A stretch of DNA of 64,000 nt from an uncultured Chloroflexia bacterium (GCA_963764515.1 CAVXSS010000001.1:991672-1055671), one strand, 5' to 3'; counted from the first letter of the stretch, positions 50,460-60,374 are shown. Numbers and translations: made by a program. Notes: a model not told the origin generated them from the sequence alone.

Positions 50460-51272
50460 ATGAGCCCCGCCATCCGCGTCGAGCGCCAGGGTCCCGATGG
50501 CACGGTCGTTCGTGTCACCCTGTCCCGTCCCAAGGCGCATAACGCCTTCGATGCGACACTCGGGGCGGACCTGCGCACGACATTCGCGGCACTGGCGCGC
50601 GAGGCGCCGACCGCCTTGCGGGTGGTGGTCCTGGCCGGCGACGGCCCCTCGTTCTGTGCCGGAGCCGACGTCGATTGGATGCGCGCGGCGAGCGCGCTCG
50701 ACGTCGAGGGCAACGAGCAGGACGCGATGGGCATGGCCGACATGTTCGAGGCCATCGACACGTGTCCGGCGCCCGTCATCGCGCGCGTGCACGGCGCCGC
50801 GCTCGGCGGCGGCATGGGACTCTGTGCCGTCGCCGATCTCGTGATCGCGGAGAGCGGCACGCGCTTCGGGTTCTCCGAGACGCGGCTCGGCATCCTGCCC
50901 GCGGTCATCTCGCCGTTCGTCATCGCCAAGATCGGCGAGAGCCAGGCGCGCGCCCTGTTCCCGAGCGGGCGTCGGATCGATGCGGTCCGGGCTCAGCGGA
51001 TCGGCCTGGTCCACGAGGTCGTCGAGGGAGAGGAGGCCCTGGATCGCGCCGTGGACGCCGCCGTCGCGGACGTGCTGATGGCCGGACCGACGGCGGCGCG
51101 CGCGGCAAAGGCCATCGTTCGTGAGGTTCGCGGCCTCGGCCACGGCGCCGCGAAGTGGCACACGGCGCGGGTCATCGCCCGCCAGCGCGTGACGGACGAG
51201 GCTCGCGAGGGATTCGCCGCATTCGACGAGAAGCGCCGTCCGAACTGGGCCCCCGAGCCGGGCCCCGACTGA
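50460..51272 (+). CDS. liuC: Enoyl-CoA hydratase (probable methylglutaconyl-CoA hydratase)
   Basis: FCAGAD, ALGGGMGL and ETRLGILPA motifs; liu context. Confidence 0.88.
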   Translation: MSPAIRVERQGPDGTVVRVTLSRPKAHNAFDATLGADLRTTFAALAREAPTALRVVVLAGDGPSFCAGADVDWMRAASALDVEGNEQDAMGMADMFEAIDTCPAPVIARVHGAALGGGMGLCAVADLVIAESGTRFGFSETRLGILPAVISPFVIAKIGESQARALFPSGRRIDAVRAQRIGLVHEVVEGEEALDRAVDAAVADVLMAGPTAARAAKAIVREVRGLGHGAAKWHTARVIARQRVTDEAREGFAAFDEKRRPNWAPEPGPD

Positions 51273-51355
51273 CGCGATCGAGGCCCCCTCCGGGCGCTGG
51301 CGACCGATCACGCGGCTAGCAAGTCGGCACGGGAAATGCGACACTCGCGACAGAC

Positions 51356-53365
51356 ATGACCGAGGAGTTGGCGCCAAGCGAGGTCGCGCGGCGCCTGGGA
51401 ACGTCGACCCGGACGGTCCAACGGTGGATCGCGCACGGCGTCCTGCCCGCCAGGAGGGTCGGAGGACGTTGGCGTGTCGCGTTTGACGCGTTCGACGTAT
51501 CGGCAGCGCCCGATGAGCGGTCACCGGCGACGATCGGCACGCTGTTCATCGCGAACCGCGGGGAGATCGCCAGGCGAATCGAGCGCACCTGCCACCGCCT
51601 CGGGATCCGGGCCCTCGTGCCCGAGACGGACGGCCCGACCGCCCTGGACCTGCTCGACGCGGAGGCCGTCGTGGCGGCGGCGCTCGCGAGCGGTGCCGAC
51701 GCGGTCCACCCCGGCTTCGGATTCCTCGCGGAGAACGCGGACTTCGCCGGACGCGTCATCGACGTGGGCGTCCGCTGGGTCGGACCGCCGCCCGCCGCCA
51801 TTCGCGCGATGGGCGACAAGGCGGCCGCGCGACAGTTGGCGGCCTCCCTCCGAATCCCGGTGCTCGCCGGCTATGACGGCCCGGACCAGGCGGACGGCAC
51901 CCTTGGGGCCGCGGCGGAGGTGATCGGATACCCGTTGCTCATCAAACCGGCCGCGGGCGGCGGCGGCAAGGGGATGCGGGTCGTCCACGAACCTGCCCGC
52001 CTCCTCGACGCCCTCGCCGCGTCGCGGCGCGAGGCGCATGGGGCGTTCGGCGACGATCGCCTCATCCTCGAGCGGTACGTGGAGGGGGCGCGTCACGTCG
52101 AGATCCAGGTGCTGTTCGATGCCAACGGGGCGGGCATCCAGCTCGGTGAACGCGACTGCTCGATCCAGCGCCGCCACCAGAAGATCCTCGAGGAGAGCCC
52201 GTCACCGGCAGTCGACGCCGGCCTGCGCCAACGCCTGGGCGAGGCGGCCCTGACCCTCGCACGCGCGGTCGGATACGTGAACGCCGGCACGTGCGAGTTC
52301 CTCGTCGACGAACGCGGCGAGCCGACGTTCATGGAGATGAACACCCGGCTCCAGGTGGAGCACCCGGTGACCGAGCTCGTCACCGGGCGGGACCTGGTCG
52401 CCGACCAGCTCCGGATCGCGGCCGGCGCACCGCTCGGCGTCCGGCAGACCGGGATCCGGCACGCCGGCCATGCGATCGAGGTCCGCCTGTATGCCGAGGA
52501 CGCTGAAGACGAGTTCCTGCCGGCGATCGGACGCGTCGAGGCCCTCCGCTGGCCGGCGGGAGACGGCATCCGCGTCGACGCGTGGATCGATCTCGGAACC
52601 AAGGTCGGTTCGCAATTCGACCCGATGCTCGCGAAGATCATCGCGTGGGGCCATGACCGCGAGCAGTCGCTGGCGCGGCTGACGGTCGCGCTCGACGAGA
52701 CCCTGGTCCTCGGACTCGTGACGAACCTGCGGTTCCTGCGCTGGTTGGTGCGGCAGCCGGTGGTCCAGGACGGGTCCGCGCGGACCGATACGCTCGAGAG
52801 GATCTGGCCGCCGGACGACTGGCACGAGCGCGCGTCGATCCCTGACGCCGCGTGGGCCGCGGCGGCCGCCCTTCTCGCGGCATCGAGCGCGACCGGAACG
52901 ATCGACGACCCGTGGTCCGGTGGCTGGCGCCTCAACGGCGAACGACGACTCCGGCTGGAGGCCGACGGCCTCATCCGATCGGTCGCACTCGATGGCGAAG
53001 CAGCGGGGTTCGAGGCCGTCGCGGTCGACGGGTTCGTGCACGTCGACATCGCCGGTCGGAGCGTTGCGTTCGAGCTCGCGCCGGCCCCCGACGTCGATCG
53101 GGCCGCGGCCGCCGCTCGCACGGGTCACGGGATCGGGATGGCGAGCGGTCCGGCTAGCCTCGTGGCCCCGATGCCGGGCACGGTCCTCGCCGTCCACGTC
53201 GAGGTTGGCGGGAAGGTCGCGACCGGCGATGCGGTCGTGACGCTCGAGGCGATGAAGATGGAGCACGTGGTCGTCGCGCCCGTGGCCGGTCGCGTGACCG
53301 AGCTCCGGGTCCGGCCAGCCGACCAGGTGGTGCGCGGCGAAGAGCTCGGGCTCATCGAGCCCTGA
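51356..53365 (+). CDS. liuD: MCC alpha subunit (biotin carboxylase + BCCP) with an N-terminal excisionase/MerR-type HTH
   Basis: HTH EVARRLGTSTRTVQRWI..G.LPARRVGGRWRV; ANRGEIA, GGGGKGMR, EMNTRLQVEH and EAMKM motifs. Confidence 0.92.
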   Translation: MTEELAPSEVARRLGTSTRTVQRWIAHGVLPARRVGGRWRVAFDAFDVSAAPDERSPATIGTLFIANRGEIARRIERTCHRLGIRALVPETDGPTALDLLDAEAVVAAALASGADAVHPGFGFLAENADFAGRVIDVGVRWVGPPPAAIRAMGDKAAARQLAASLRIPVLAGYDGPDQADGTLGAAAEVIGYPLLIKPAAGGGGKGMRVVHEPARLLDALAASRREAHGAFGDDRLILERYVEGARHVEIQVLFDANGAGIQLGERDCSIQRRHQKILEESPSPAVDAGLRQRLGEAALTLARAVGYVNAGTCEFLVDERGEPTFMEMNTRLQVEHPVTELVTGRDLVADQLRIAAGAPLGVRQTGIRHAGHAIEVRLYAEDAEDEFLPAIGRVEALRWPAGDGIRVDAWIDLGTKVGSQFDPMLAKIIAWGHDREQSLARLTVALDETLVLGLVTNLRFLRWLVRQPVVQDGSARTDTLERIWPPDDWHERASIPDAAWAAAAALLAASSATGTIDDPWSGGWRLNGERRLRLEADGLIRSVALDGEAAGFEAVAVDGFVHVDIAGRSVAFELAPAPDVDRAAAAARTGHGIGMASGPASLVAPMPGTVLAVHVEVGGKVATGDAVVTLEAMKMEHVVVAPVAGRVTELRVRPADQVVRGEELGLIEP

Positions 53366-53417
53366 CGCGTCCCGTTCGGGTACGCTCAGCGACGCCCGAA
53401 GACCGGAGGACCCGTTC

Positions 53418-53600
53418 ATGGCCCAGCCCCCGCTCCCCAAGACCCGCGAGGCGCTGCTGGAGCTGCACGCCGAGACGCGTCGGCGGCGCAACGAGGCCGC
53501 GCACCAGAGCACGGAGCAGGCAGCCGCGATCGACCTGCTCGGTCGGATCGAGGTCGAGATCGCCCGCATCGAACGGGCGATGGATCCACCGCGGGTCTGA
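53418..53600 (+). CDS. 60-aa helical-hairpin hypothetical protein
   Basis: GGAGG RBS; TACGCT promoter-like box upstream; amphipathic helices. Confidence 0.7.
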   Translation: MAQPPLPKTREALLELHAETRRRRNEAAHQSTEQAAAIDLLGRIEVEIARIERAMDPPRV

Positions 53601-53620
53601 GCCAGGCCTCGCATCGACCG

Positions 53621-54547
53621 GTGGGCGAGCACGTCAGGATCTACGAGGTCGGGCCGCGCGACGGCCTCCAGAACGAGTCGACCGCCGTCCCGACCGCCAC
53701 CAAGGCCCAATTCATCGAACTGCTCGTGGACGCCGGCCTCCGCGAGATCGAGGCCACCTCGTTCGTCTCGCCACGAGCCATCCCGCAGCTGGCCGACGCG
53801 GAGGAGCTCATGGCCGCGCTCGCCCGCCAGGGGGGCGTGCGCTACCCGATCCTGGTCCCCAACGAGCGAGGCATGGCGCGCGCCGAGGCCGCGGGTGCGG
53901 ACGCCGTGGCCGTCTTCACGGCCGCGAGCGATGCCTTCACGAAGGCGAACATCGGGATGACGATCGCGGAGTCGATCGCCGCGTTCAGGCCGGTCCTCGC
54001 GCGCGCGGGCGAGCTCGGCTGGTGGCGGCGTGCGTACGTCTCGACCGCGTTCGGGTGCCCGTACACGGGACGGGTCGAGCCACGGGCGGCCGTGGACGTC
54101 GCCCGCCGGCTCCAGGAACTCGGGGTCGACGAGGTTTGCTTCGGGGACACCATCGGCGTGGGCGTGCCAGACCAGGTGGCGACACTCACCGGGCTCGCGG
54201 CCGAGGCGGGGATGTCGCTCGGGCGCATGGCGTTCCATTTCCACGACACCCGCGGGACGGCACTGGCGAACGTCGCAGCCGGCCTGGATGCGGGGGTGCG
54301 CTGTTTCGATTCGGCCGCGGGCGGGACCGGCGGCTGCCCGTATGCGCCGGGCGCGGCCGGCAATCTCGCGACCGAGGACCTCGTCTACTTCCTCGAAGCG
54401 TCCGGCTGGGAGACCGGCGTCTCGCTCGAGGGGGTCCTCGAGGCGGCCCGGTTCATCGCCGATGCGCTCGGCAAGCCGCTCTCCACGAAGGTCGGCCAGG
54501 CCGGGGGCTGGGATCGATCGTCGGGAGCGTCGATCGGCCGCGCGTGA
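53621..54547 (+). CDS. liuE: Hydroxymethylglutaryl-CoA lyase
   Basis: EVGPRDGLQNE, HFHDT and GGCPYAPGAAGN motifs. Confidence 0.95.
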   Translation: MGEHVRIYEVGPRDGLQNESTAVPTATKAQFIELLVDAGLREIEATSFVSPRAIPQLADAEELMAALARQGGVRYPILVPNERGMARAEAAGADAVAVFTAASDAFTKANIGMTIAESIAAFRPVLARAGELGWWRRAYVSTAFGCPYTGRVEPRAAVDVARRLQELGVDEVCFGDTIGVGVPDQVATLTGLAAEAGMSLGRMAFHFHDTRGTALANVAAGLDAGVRCFDSAAGGTGGCPYAPGAAGNLATEDLVYFLEASGWETGVSLEGVLEAARFIADALGKPLSTKVGQAGGWDRSSGASIGRA

Positions 54548-54614
54548 GGCTGTGGGCCACGCCCGTGCCCGCGCGTCGCAAGGTCGGACCGGAGTCTCTG
54601 CTATCTTCCGCGCG

Positions 54615-55130
54615 ATGGACGGCGTCGTTCTTGTCTTGAACCAGAACTACGAACCGCTCAACGTCTGTAACCTGCCTCGAGCCTTCCGTCTCCTGTTCGG
54701 CGAGAAGGCCGAAGTGATCGAGTACGACCACCAGGTGATCCGGACGCCGCGGACGGAGTTCCGCGCGCCCTCCGTCATCCGCCTACAGCACCTCATCCGC
54801 CGGCCGCGACCGCGGGTCAAGCTGTCTCGCCGCGAGGTCTTCGCCCGGGACCGGCACGTCTGCCAGTACTGCGGCCGCCAGGCGCACGACATGACGCTCG
54901 ACCACGTCATGCCCCGGCATCGCGGAGGCGGGCACACCTGGGAGAACCTCGTGACCGCGTGCAAGAGCTGCAACCACCGCAAGGGCGGCAAGACCCTCGA
55001 GGAGGCACGGTTGCGGCTGCTCCGGCCGCCGTTCGAGCCCCGCAACGACATCTACTCGCTGTTCACCCCATACCTCGCCGACGAGAGCAACGAGGCGTGG
55101 CGCACGTACCTGTTCCTGGGACGGAACTGA
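54615..55130 (+). CDS. HNH endonuclease family protein
   Basis: VLVLNQNYEP, RD..CQYCG, TLDHVMP and NLVTACKSCNHRKG motifs. Confidence 0.92.
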   Translation: MDGVVLVLNQNYEPLNVCNLPRAFRLLFGEKAEVIEYDHQVIRTPRTEFRAPSVIRLQHLIRRPRPRVKLSRREVFARDRHVCQYCGRQAHDMTLDHVMPRHRGGGHTWENLVTACKSCNHRKGGKTLEEARLRLLRPPFEPRNDIYSLFTPYLADESNEAWRTYLFLGRN

Positions 55131-56512
55131 CCGCGGCGAGCCCCGAGGCCGCGATCCGGGCGGGCATCCCGGAGCCCGTGCGAGGCCTCCTCGCGACGCT
55201 CTGGGAGGCCGGACACGCCGCCTACGTCGTCGGTGGCTCCCTTCGAGACATCGTGCTTGGCCGCCCGGCCGCCGATTGGGACCTGGCATCCGACGCCCGG
55301 CCGGAGCAGGTGTTGGCGCTGCTGCCCGACGCGGTGTACGAGAACCAGTTCGGGACCGTGGCCGTGCGGCGCGGCGGTGAGGTCTACGAGGTCACGACGT
55401 TTCGCTCGGACCACGACTACGCGGACTTCAGGCGTCCGCACCGCGTGGAGTTCGGCGACACGATCGAACTCGACCTGGCGCGGCGCGACTTCACCTGCAA
55501 CGCCATGGCCTGGGGTGCCCGCGCCCACGGCGCCGGGACGCCCGGGCTCGTGGATCCGTACGGCGGCGCGCCCGACATCGAGGCCCGCCTGCTCCGGGCC
55601 GTCGGGGACCCGCTTGCGAGGTTCGAGGAGGATGCGCTGCGGATGGTTCGCGCGATCCGGCTCGCGGCGACGCTCGATTTCGACGTGGAGCCCGCGACGC
55701 TCGCCGGGATCGGGGCTCGGGCCGGTCTCGTGAGCCACCTGTCGGGCGAGCGGATCGCGACCGAGCTGGACAAGCTGCTCGCCGCCGCGCGCCCATCGAG
55801 CGGTCTGCGCCTGCTGGGCGACACCGGCCTGCTGGCCGGCATCTCGGCCGAGCTGGCATCGCAGCGGGGCATCCCCCAGAACAAGGTCGCGGGAGAGGAC
55901 CTGTGGGACCACACCATGCGCTCGGTTGACGCCAGCCGGGCATCGCGCCCGGTCGTGCGGTTGGCCGCGCTCGTCCACGACATCGGCAAGCCGGCGACCT
56001 TCGCCGACGGCCACTTCATCGGTCACGACACGGTGGGCGCCGACCTCGCCGCGGCGTTCCTGGAGCGACTGCGGTCGCCGCGGGCCGTTCGCGAGCGCGT
56101 CGTGCACCTCGTGCGGAACCACATGTTCAGCTACGAGCCCAACTGGTCGGACGCGGCCGTTCGCCGGTTCATCGCCAAGATGACCCTCGAGGGGACGGCG
56201 ACCGAGGCGCTCGAGGAGCTATTCGACCTGCGCGCGGCCGACAACGTGGGCTCCGGGATGCCGGCCGGGGCCGGCGGCCTCGACGAGCTCCGGGCACGGG
56301 TCGCCGCGGCGCTCAAGGAGGGGGTCGTCCTCGATCGTGCCGACCTCGAGGTCGATGGTCGCGACCTGATGACCGAACTGGGCCTGGAGCCCGGCCCGCA
56401 CCTCGGCCGGATCCTCGACGCATTGCTCGAGCGGGTGCAGGCCGACCCGGCCGTCAACGACCGTCCGACCCTGCTGATGCTCGCGCAGGCCATGCTGGCG
56501 GACGACGCGTGA
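55127..56512 (+). CDS. cca: CCA-adding tRNA nucleotidyltransferase family protein with an HD domain
   Basis: VGGSLRD, DWD, RRDFT.NAM, EDALR, ERI..E and HDIGK motifs; start uncertain (CTG?). Confidence 0.88.
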   Translation: MTAASPEAAIRAGIPEPVRGLLATLWEAGHAAYVVGGSLRDIVLGRPAADWDLASDARPEQVLALLPDAVYENQFGTVAVRRGGEVYEVTTFRSDHDYADFRRPHRVEFGDTIELDLARRDFTCNAMAWGARAHGAGTPGLVDPYGGAPDIEARLLRAVGDPLARFEEDALRMVRAIRLAATLDFDVEPATLAGIGARAGLVSHLSGERIATELDKLLAAARPSSGLRLLGDTGLLAGISAELASQRGIPQNKVAGEDLWDHTMRSVDASRASRPVVRLAALVHDIGKPATFADGHFIGHDTVGADLAAAFLERLRSPRAVRERVVHLVRNHMFSYEPNWSDAAVRRFIAKMTLEGTATEALEELFDLRAADNVGSGMPAGAGGLDELRARVAAALKEGVVLDRADLEVDGRDLMTELGLEPGPHLGRILDALLERVQADPAVNDRPTLLMLAQAMLADDA

Positions 56513-56889
56513 TCGAGCTCCTGCTCGAGGCCGAACGGGCGATGGAGATGGGCCGCGTCGATGCCGCCGAGACCCTCTACCGGCAGGTCGCCGGCGCAGA
56601 TCCGCGCAACGCCATCGCGGTCGTCGGCCTGGCGCGGGTCGCGCTCGAGCGGGGCGACGAGCTCGGCGCCTACGTGATCGCGGGACGAGCGCTGGCCATC
56701 GACCCCGAGAACTCGGCGGCGCAGCGCATGGCATCTCGCCTCGCCGAGGTCCTGCGATACCGTGGCGAGGCGGTGCCCGACCTCGAGCCAGCTCGGCAGG
56801 GCCCGGAGGCCGCCCCGGACCACGAGTCGTCGCCGCCACCGGAAGGGCCGCGCCGCTCGCTCATCGATCGCGTCATCCGACGGCGCTGA
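56509..56889 (+). CDS. TPR protein
   Basis: [12 protein letters not shown] and [11 protein letters not shown] patterns. Confidence 0.8.
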   Translation: MIELLLEAERAMEMGRVDAAETLYRQVAGADPRNAIAVVGLARVALERGDELGAYVIAGRALAIDPENSAAQRMASRLAEVLRYRGEAVPDLEPARQGPEAAPDHESSPPPEGPRRSLIDRVIRRR

Positions 56890-57160
56890 AGGAGGCCGTT
56901 CGACCTACTGGCCTCCCGCCTGCCGTCCGGCTACGGCCGTCCGCCAGTCGATCGATCGGCGCTGGCGGACGTGCCGCACCTCGAGATCGACCTCGCGGTG
57001 CGGGGCTTCGACAGCCGCGCGATGCTCCTCGACGAATCGCGCCCCGCACGACGACGTCAAGGTGCGGGCGAGCGAACTCGACGTGGCCCTCGGGCTTGCG
57101 AGCGGCGAATAGCGCGGGCATCGGGTGCGCCGACCTGCCGGGGACCGTATCGTTCGAGCA

Positions 57161-58156
57161 ATGACTCGCATCCTCGTCACTGGTGGTGCCGGATACGTCG
57201 GCTCGGTCTCGGTGGCGGCCTTCCTCGCGGCGGGGCACGAGGTCGTCGTGGTCGACGACCTCACGACCGGACATCGCGCGGCGGTGCCGGCCGGTGCGCG
57301 GCTCCACGCCGGGACGTATGGCGATGCAGACACGGTGGGCCGGCTCCTGGCGGACGAGCGCATCGAGGCGATCCTCCACTGCGCCGCGCGCTCGCTGGTC
57401 GGGGAGTCCATCGCGGACCCCGCGAAGTACTACCGGGACAACGTCGCCGGCGGGGTGGCGCTGCTCGAGGCGGCACGGACCGTCGGCGTCGCGAGGATCG
57501 TCTTCTCGTCCTCGGCCGCGGTCTATGGCACGCCCGACTCGACGCCGATCCCCGAGGACGCCCCCCTCCGGCCGATCAACCCGTACGGCGAGACCAAGCG
57601 GACCTTCGAGGCCGCGCTCGACTGGTACGGCCGGGCCTACGGGATCCGGGGCGTGAGCCTTCGCTACTTCAACGTCGCGGGTGCGACCGCGGAGCTCGGC
57701 GAGGACCACGATCCGGAGACGCACCTCATCCCCAACGTGCTCGCGGCCGCCGAGGGCCGAGGGCCACTGACCGTCTTCGGCGACGACTACCCCACCGCCG
57801 ACGGCACGTGCGTCCGCGACTACATCCACGTGGAGGACCTCGCCGACGCACACCTGCGGGCGATCGAGGCCACCGCCCCCGGCGATCCGCGGACCGCCAC
57901 CTTCCTCGCCTGCAATCTCGGGATCGGTGGCGGGTTCTCGATCCGTGAGGTCCTCGCCGCGGCCGAGCGCGCGATCGGGCGCGAGATCCCGTTCACGATC
58001 GGGCCCCGCCGCGTCGGCGACCCACCGGTGCTCGTGGCATCCGCGGCGCGTGCCGGCGAGGTGCTCGGTTGGCGGCCTGCGCACCCGTCGCTCGATGCGA
58101 TGGTCAGCAGCGCGTGGGCGTGGCGCCAACGCTTCCCGGACGGCTACCCGGACTGA
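57161..58156 (+). CDS. galE: UDP-glucose 4-epimerase
   Basis: GGAGYVG, VGES, YGETK, LRYFN and DGTCVRDYIHV motifs. Confidence 0.95.
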   Translation: MTRILVTGGAGYVGSVSVAAFLAAGHEVVVVDDLTTGHRAAVPAGARLHAGTYGDADTVGRLLADERIEAILHCAARSLVGESIADPAKYYRDNVAGGVALLEAARTVGVARIVFSSSAAVYGTPDSTPIPEDAPLRPINPYGETKRTFEAALDWYGRAYGIRGVSLRYFNVAGATAELGEDHDPETHLIPNVLAAAEGRGPLTVFGDDYPTADGTCVRDYIHVEDLADAHLRAIEATAPGDPRTATFLACNLGIGGGFSIREVLAAAERAIGREIPFTIGPRRVGDPPVLVASAARAGEVLGWRPAHPSLDAMVSSAWAWRQRFPDGYPD

Positions 58157-59535
58157 ACCGCGTCGGGATCCGGGCCCCCGGCGCCGGGGGACTCCTCACT
58201 CCCCGCCCAGCGGTCGCTGACCGGCCAGACCAGCCACACGCCGATGAGCATCGTGACGAGCAGGCTGCCGATCGCGAGCTGGTACGCGCCGTTGCCGAGC
58301 GAGTCGATGAACAGGAACACGATCGCGCTGTACAACAGCTGGCCGATGACCTGTGAGCCCTTGCCGACCAGCCCGTACAAGCCGAAGAACTCCCCGAGTC
58401 GCGCGGGCGGCGACAGCCGGATCATGAACACGCGGTCGGCGACCTGGACGCCGCCCAGGCCACTGCCCAGGATCGCGCCGGCGAGGACGAAGATCGCGAT
58501 GCCCGGGGTCGTGCCACTCAAACCGAGCGACGCGACGCCAAGCAGCAGCCCCACCACCCACGACGCGAGGACCGCGATGAGCGTCCGCTTCGGGCCGAAC
58601 CGATCGACCAGCCAGCCCCACGCGAAGCTCGCCACGATGGCCACGACCGTCAGCAGGACCGAGGTGATGAGCCACTGCCCCTGGGTGAGTCCCACGGCTT
58701 TCACGGCCACGACGCTCATCACGACGATCAGCGTGTTGACCGCGTCGCTGTAGAAGAACCGGCCGAGGAGGAAGCGCAACAACCCAGGCACGGTCCGAGC
58801 GTGATCGATCGTGACCCGGACCTGTGCCAGCGATGACGTGATGTCGCTGATCCGCACCCGGGACGCCGTCGCGCCGATCGGGTCGCGCACGACGAGGAAG
58901 ATCGGCACCGCGAAGACGGCGAACAGGACCCCGGCGATCTGGAAGATGGGGTCAGGGATCTCGGTGATGCCCAGCAGGATCAGCGTGAGCGCTGCGAAGA
59001 TCGTCCCCATGTAGCCGACCCCGACGCCGATCCCCGATAGCTTGCCGCGGGTCTCCGGGTAGCTGACCGCAGACAGGGTCGCGTCGTAGTAGATGAGCGC
59101 GGCTTGGTACCCGAAGTTCGCGATCGTGAACAGCAGCGCCCCGAGGAGCGCGGGCGACGGCCCGATGAGCACGGTCGGGACGATCGTCAGGACCGTGAAG
59201 AAGAGCAGGAACGGAAGGCGCCGGCCACCGCGGTCGCTGAGCGCCCCGAGGATCGGCGAGACCAGCGCATTGAGCCCGACGCTGGTGGCGATCGCCAGGC
59301 CCTGGACGAGCTGGCCCGGGCCCTGCCCGAACCGACTGTCATCGGTCAGCCACAGGCCGATCGCCGTCGACACGATCGCGTAGCTGAAGATCGTGTTCGC
59401 GAAGTCGTAGAGGGACCAGGCGATCGGGACCGCCGCCCGGCCGCTGGGCGTGAGGCCGGCCAGGCCACCCTGCCGCCCGATGCGCGGCGCGTCGGCGTCG
59501 GACGCAGGCCCGCGGTGCGGGGCGTCGCTGGTCAC
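58144..59535 (-). CDS. MFS transporter (UMF1/Atg22-like)
   Basis: WSLYDFAN, LGALSD, GYMG and GEFFGLY motifs; about 12 TMs. Confidence 0.88.
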   Translation of the reverse strand: MTSDAPHRGPASDADAPRIGRQGGLAGLTPSGRAAVPIAWSLYDFANTIFSYAIVSTAIGLWLTDDSRFGQGPGQLVQGLAIATSVGLNALVSPILGALSDRGGRRLPFLLFFTVLTIVPTVLIGPSPALLGALLFTIANFGYQAALIYYDATLSAVSYPETRGKLSGIGVGVGYMGTIFAALTLILLGITEIPDPIFQIAGVLFAVFAVPIFLVVRDPIGATASRVRISDITSSLAQVRVTIDHARTVPGLLRFLLGRFFYSDAVNTLIVVMSVVAVKAVGLTQGQWLITSVLLTVVAIVASFAWGWLVDRFGPKRTLIAVLASWVVGLLLGVASLGLSGTTPGIAIFVLAGAILGSGLGGVQVADRVFMIRLSPPARLGEFFGLYGLVGKGSQVIGQLLYSAIVFLFIDSLGNGAYQLAIGSLLVTMLIGVWLVWPVSDRWAGSEESPGAGGPDPDAVQSG

Positions 59536-59558
59536 TGGCGGATGATAATCGGGACACG

Positions 59559-59605
59559 GCGGCCGTTGTCAGGGTTGCGGCCGTTGTCGGCCTGCGGCCG
59601 CTGAC
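59559..59605. repeat. Three direct repeats GCGGCCG(T/C)TG(T/A)C in a divergent promoter region
   Basis: Copies at 59559, 59577 and 59594, between two -10 boxes. Confidence 0.65.
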
Positions 59606-59623
59606 GACCGCTAGGATGACCCG

Positions 59624-60328
59624 ATGACCGTCATGACCGTCGTCCATGACCTGCGGCCGCAGCGGTTCGGCTCCCGCCATCCGAACGCGGTGCGCGACCC
59701 GATCGTCGAACCGATGTGGACCGGCGTCCGGGTACTGGCAGCCTTCGAGCGCTCGGGCGTCGACGGCGGCTCGGCAACCCTTCTGAAGGACGAGCGCGGG
59801 AACCGCGTCGAGGGTCACGAGGCCATCGAGGGGGCCCTCCTCGCGGCCGCCGGCGCCAACGCCCTCATCGTCGACGCGTGCCTCACCAAGCAGATGGCCC
59901 ACGATGGCAGCGGCGTGTACACCGGCATCGAGACACAGATCCCGACCGGCAGGTTGATCGTCCAGTCGATGGTCGGCGTCCGGCGCAACCGAGCGGCCGA
60001 GACCGTCGAGCGACGCGAGCAGACGCGACAGGCACAGACCTTCGAACCGACCGACACGGTCACCCTGGTGGCGACCGACCTCCTCTGGCTCGACGACGAG
60101 TCCTTGCTCGACGTCCCACTGCTCGAGCGCAAGCGCCTGCTGGAGGCGGTGCTCGACGAGTCCGACATGATCCGACGGGGGCTGTACGTCCGACCACCGA
60201 TCGAGAGCTGGGTCGGCTCGTGGCGGGCCCTCGGCTTCGCCGAGCTCACCTTCAAGGCCGCCAACAGTCGATACCGGCCAGGTACCGCCACGGACGACTG
60301 GTCGGTCGCCCCGATGCCGCGCCGCTGA
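59624..60328 (+). CDS. ATP-dependent DNA ligase adenylation-domain homolog with a degenerate active site
   Basis: EPMWTGVR (canonical ExKxDGxR), DLLWLDDESLLDVPLLERKRLLE, FKAANSRYRPG...W. Confidence 0.8.
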   Translation: MTVMTVVHDLRPQRFGSRHPNAVRDPIVEPMWTGVRVLAAFERSGVDGGSATLLKDERGNRVEGHEAIEGALLAAAGANALIVDACLTKQMAHDGSGVYTGIETQIPTGRLIVQSMVGVRRNRAAETVERREQTRQAQTFEPTDTVTLVATDLLWLDDESLLDVPLLERKRLLEAVLDESDMIRRGLYVRPPIESWVGSWRALGFAELTFKAANSRYRPGTATDDWSVAPMPRR

Positions 60329-60374
60329 CACCGTCCGTGTGGCACGCCACGGAGCGGGATGGTACGGTGGGCTC

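Noticed and set aside
51356-51500. Prophage excisionase
   Set aside because: In frame with the carboxylase; no integrase, att site or phage genes nearby.
54615-55130. HNH as a mobile element or defence system
   Set aside because: It is a common stand-alone type in housekeeping context, with no methylase, intron or transposon ends.
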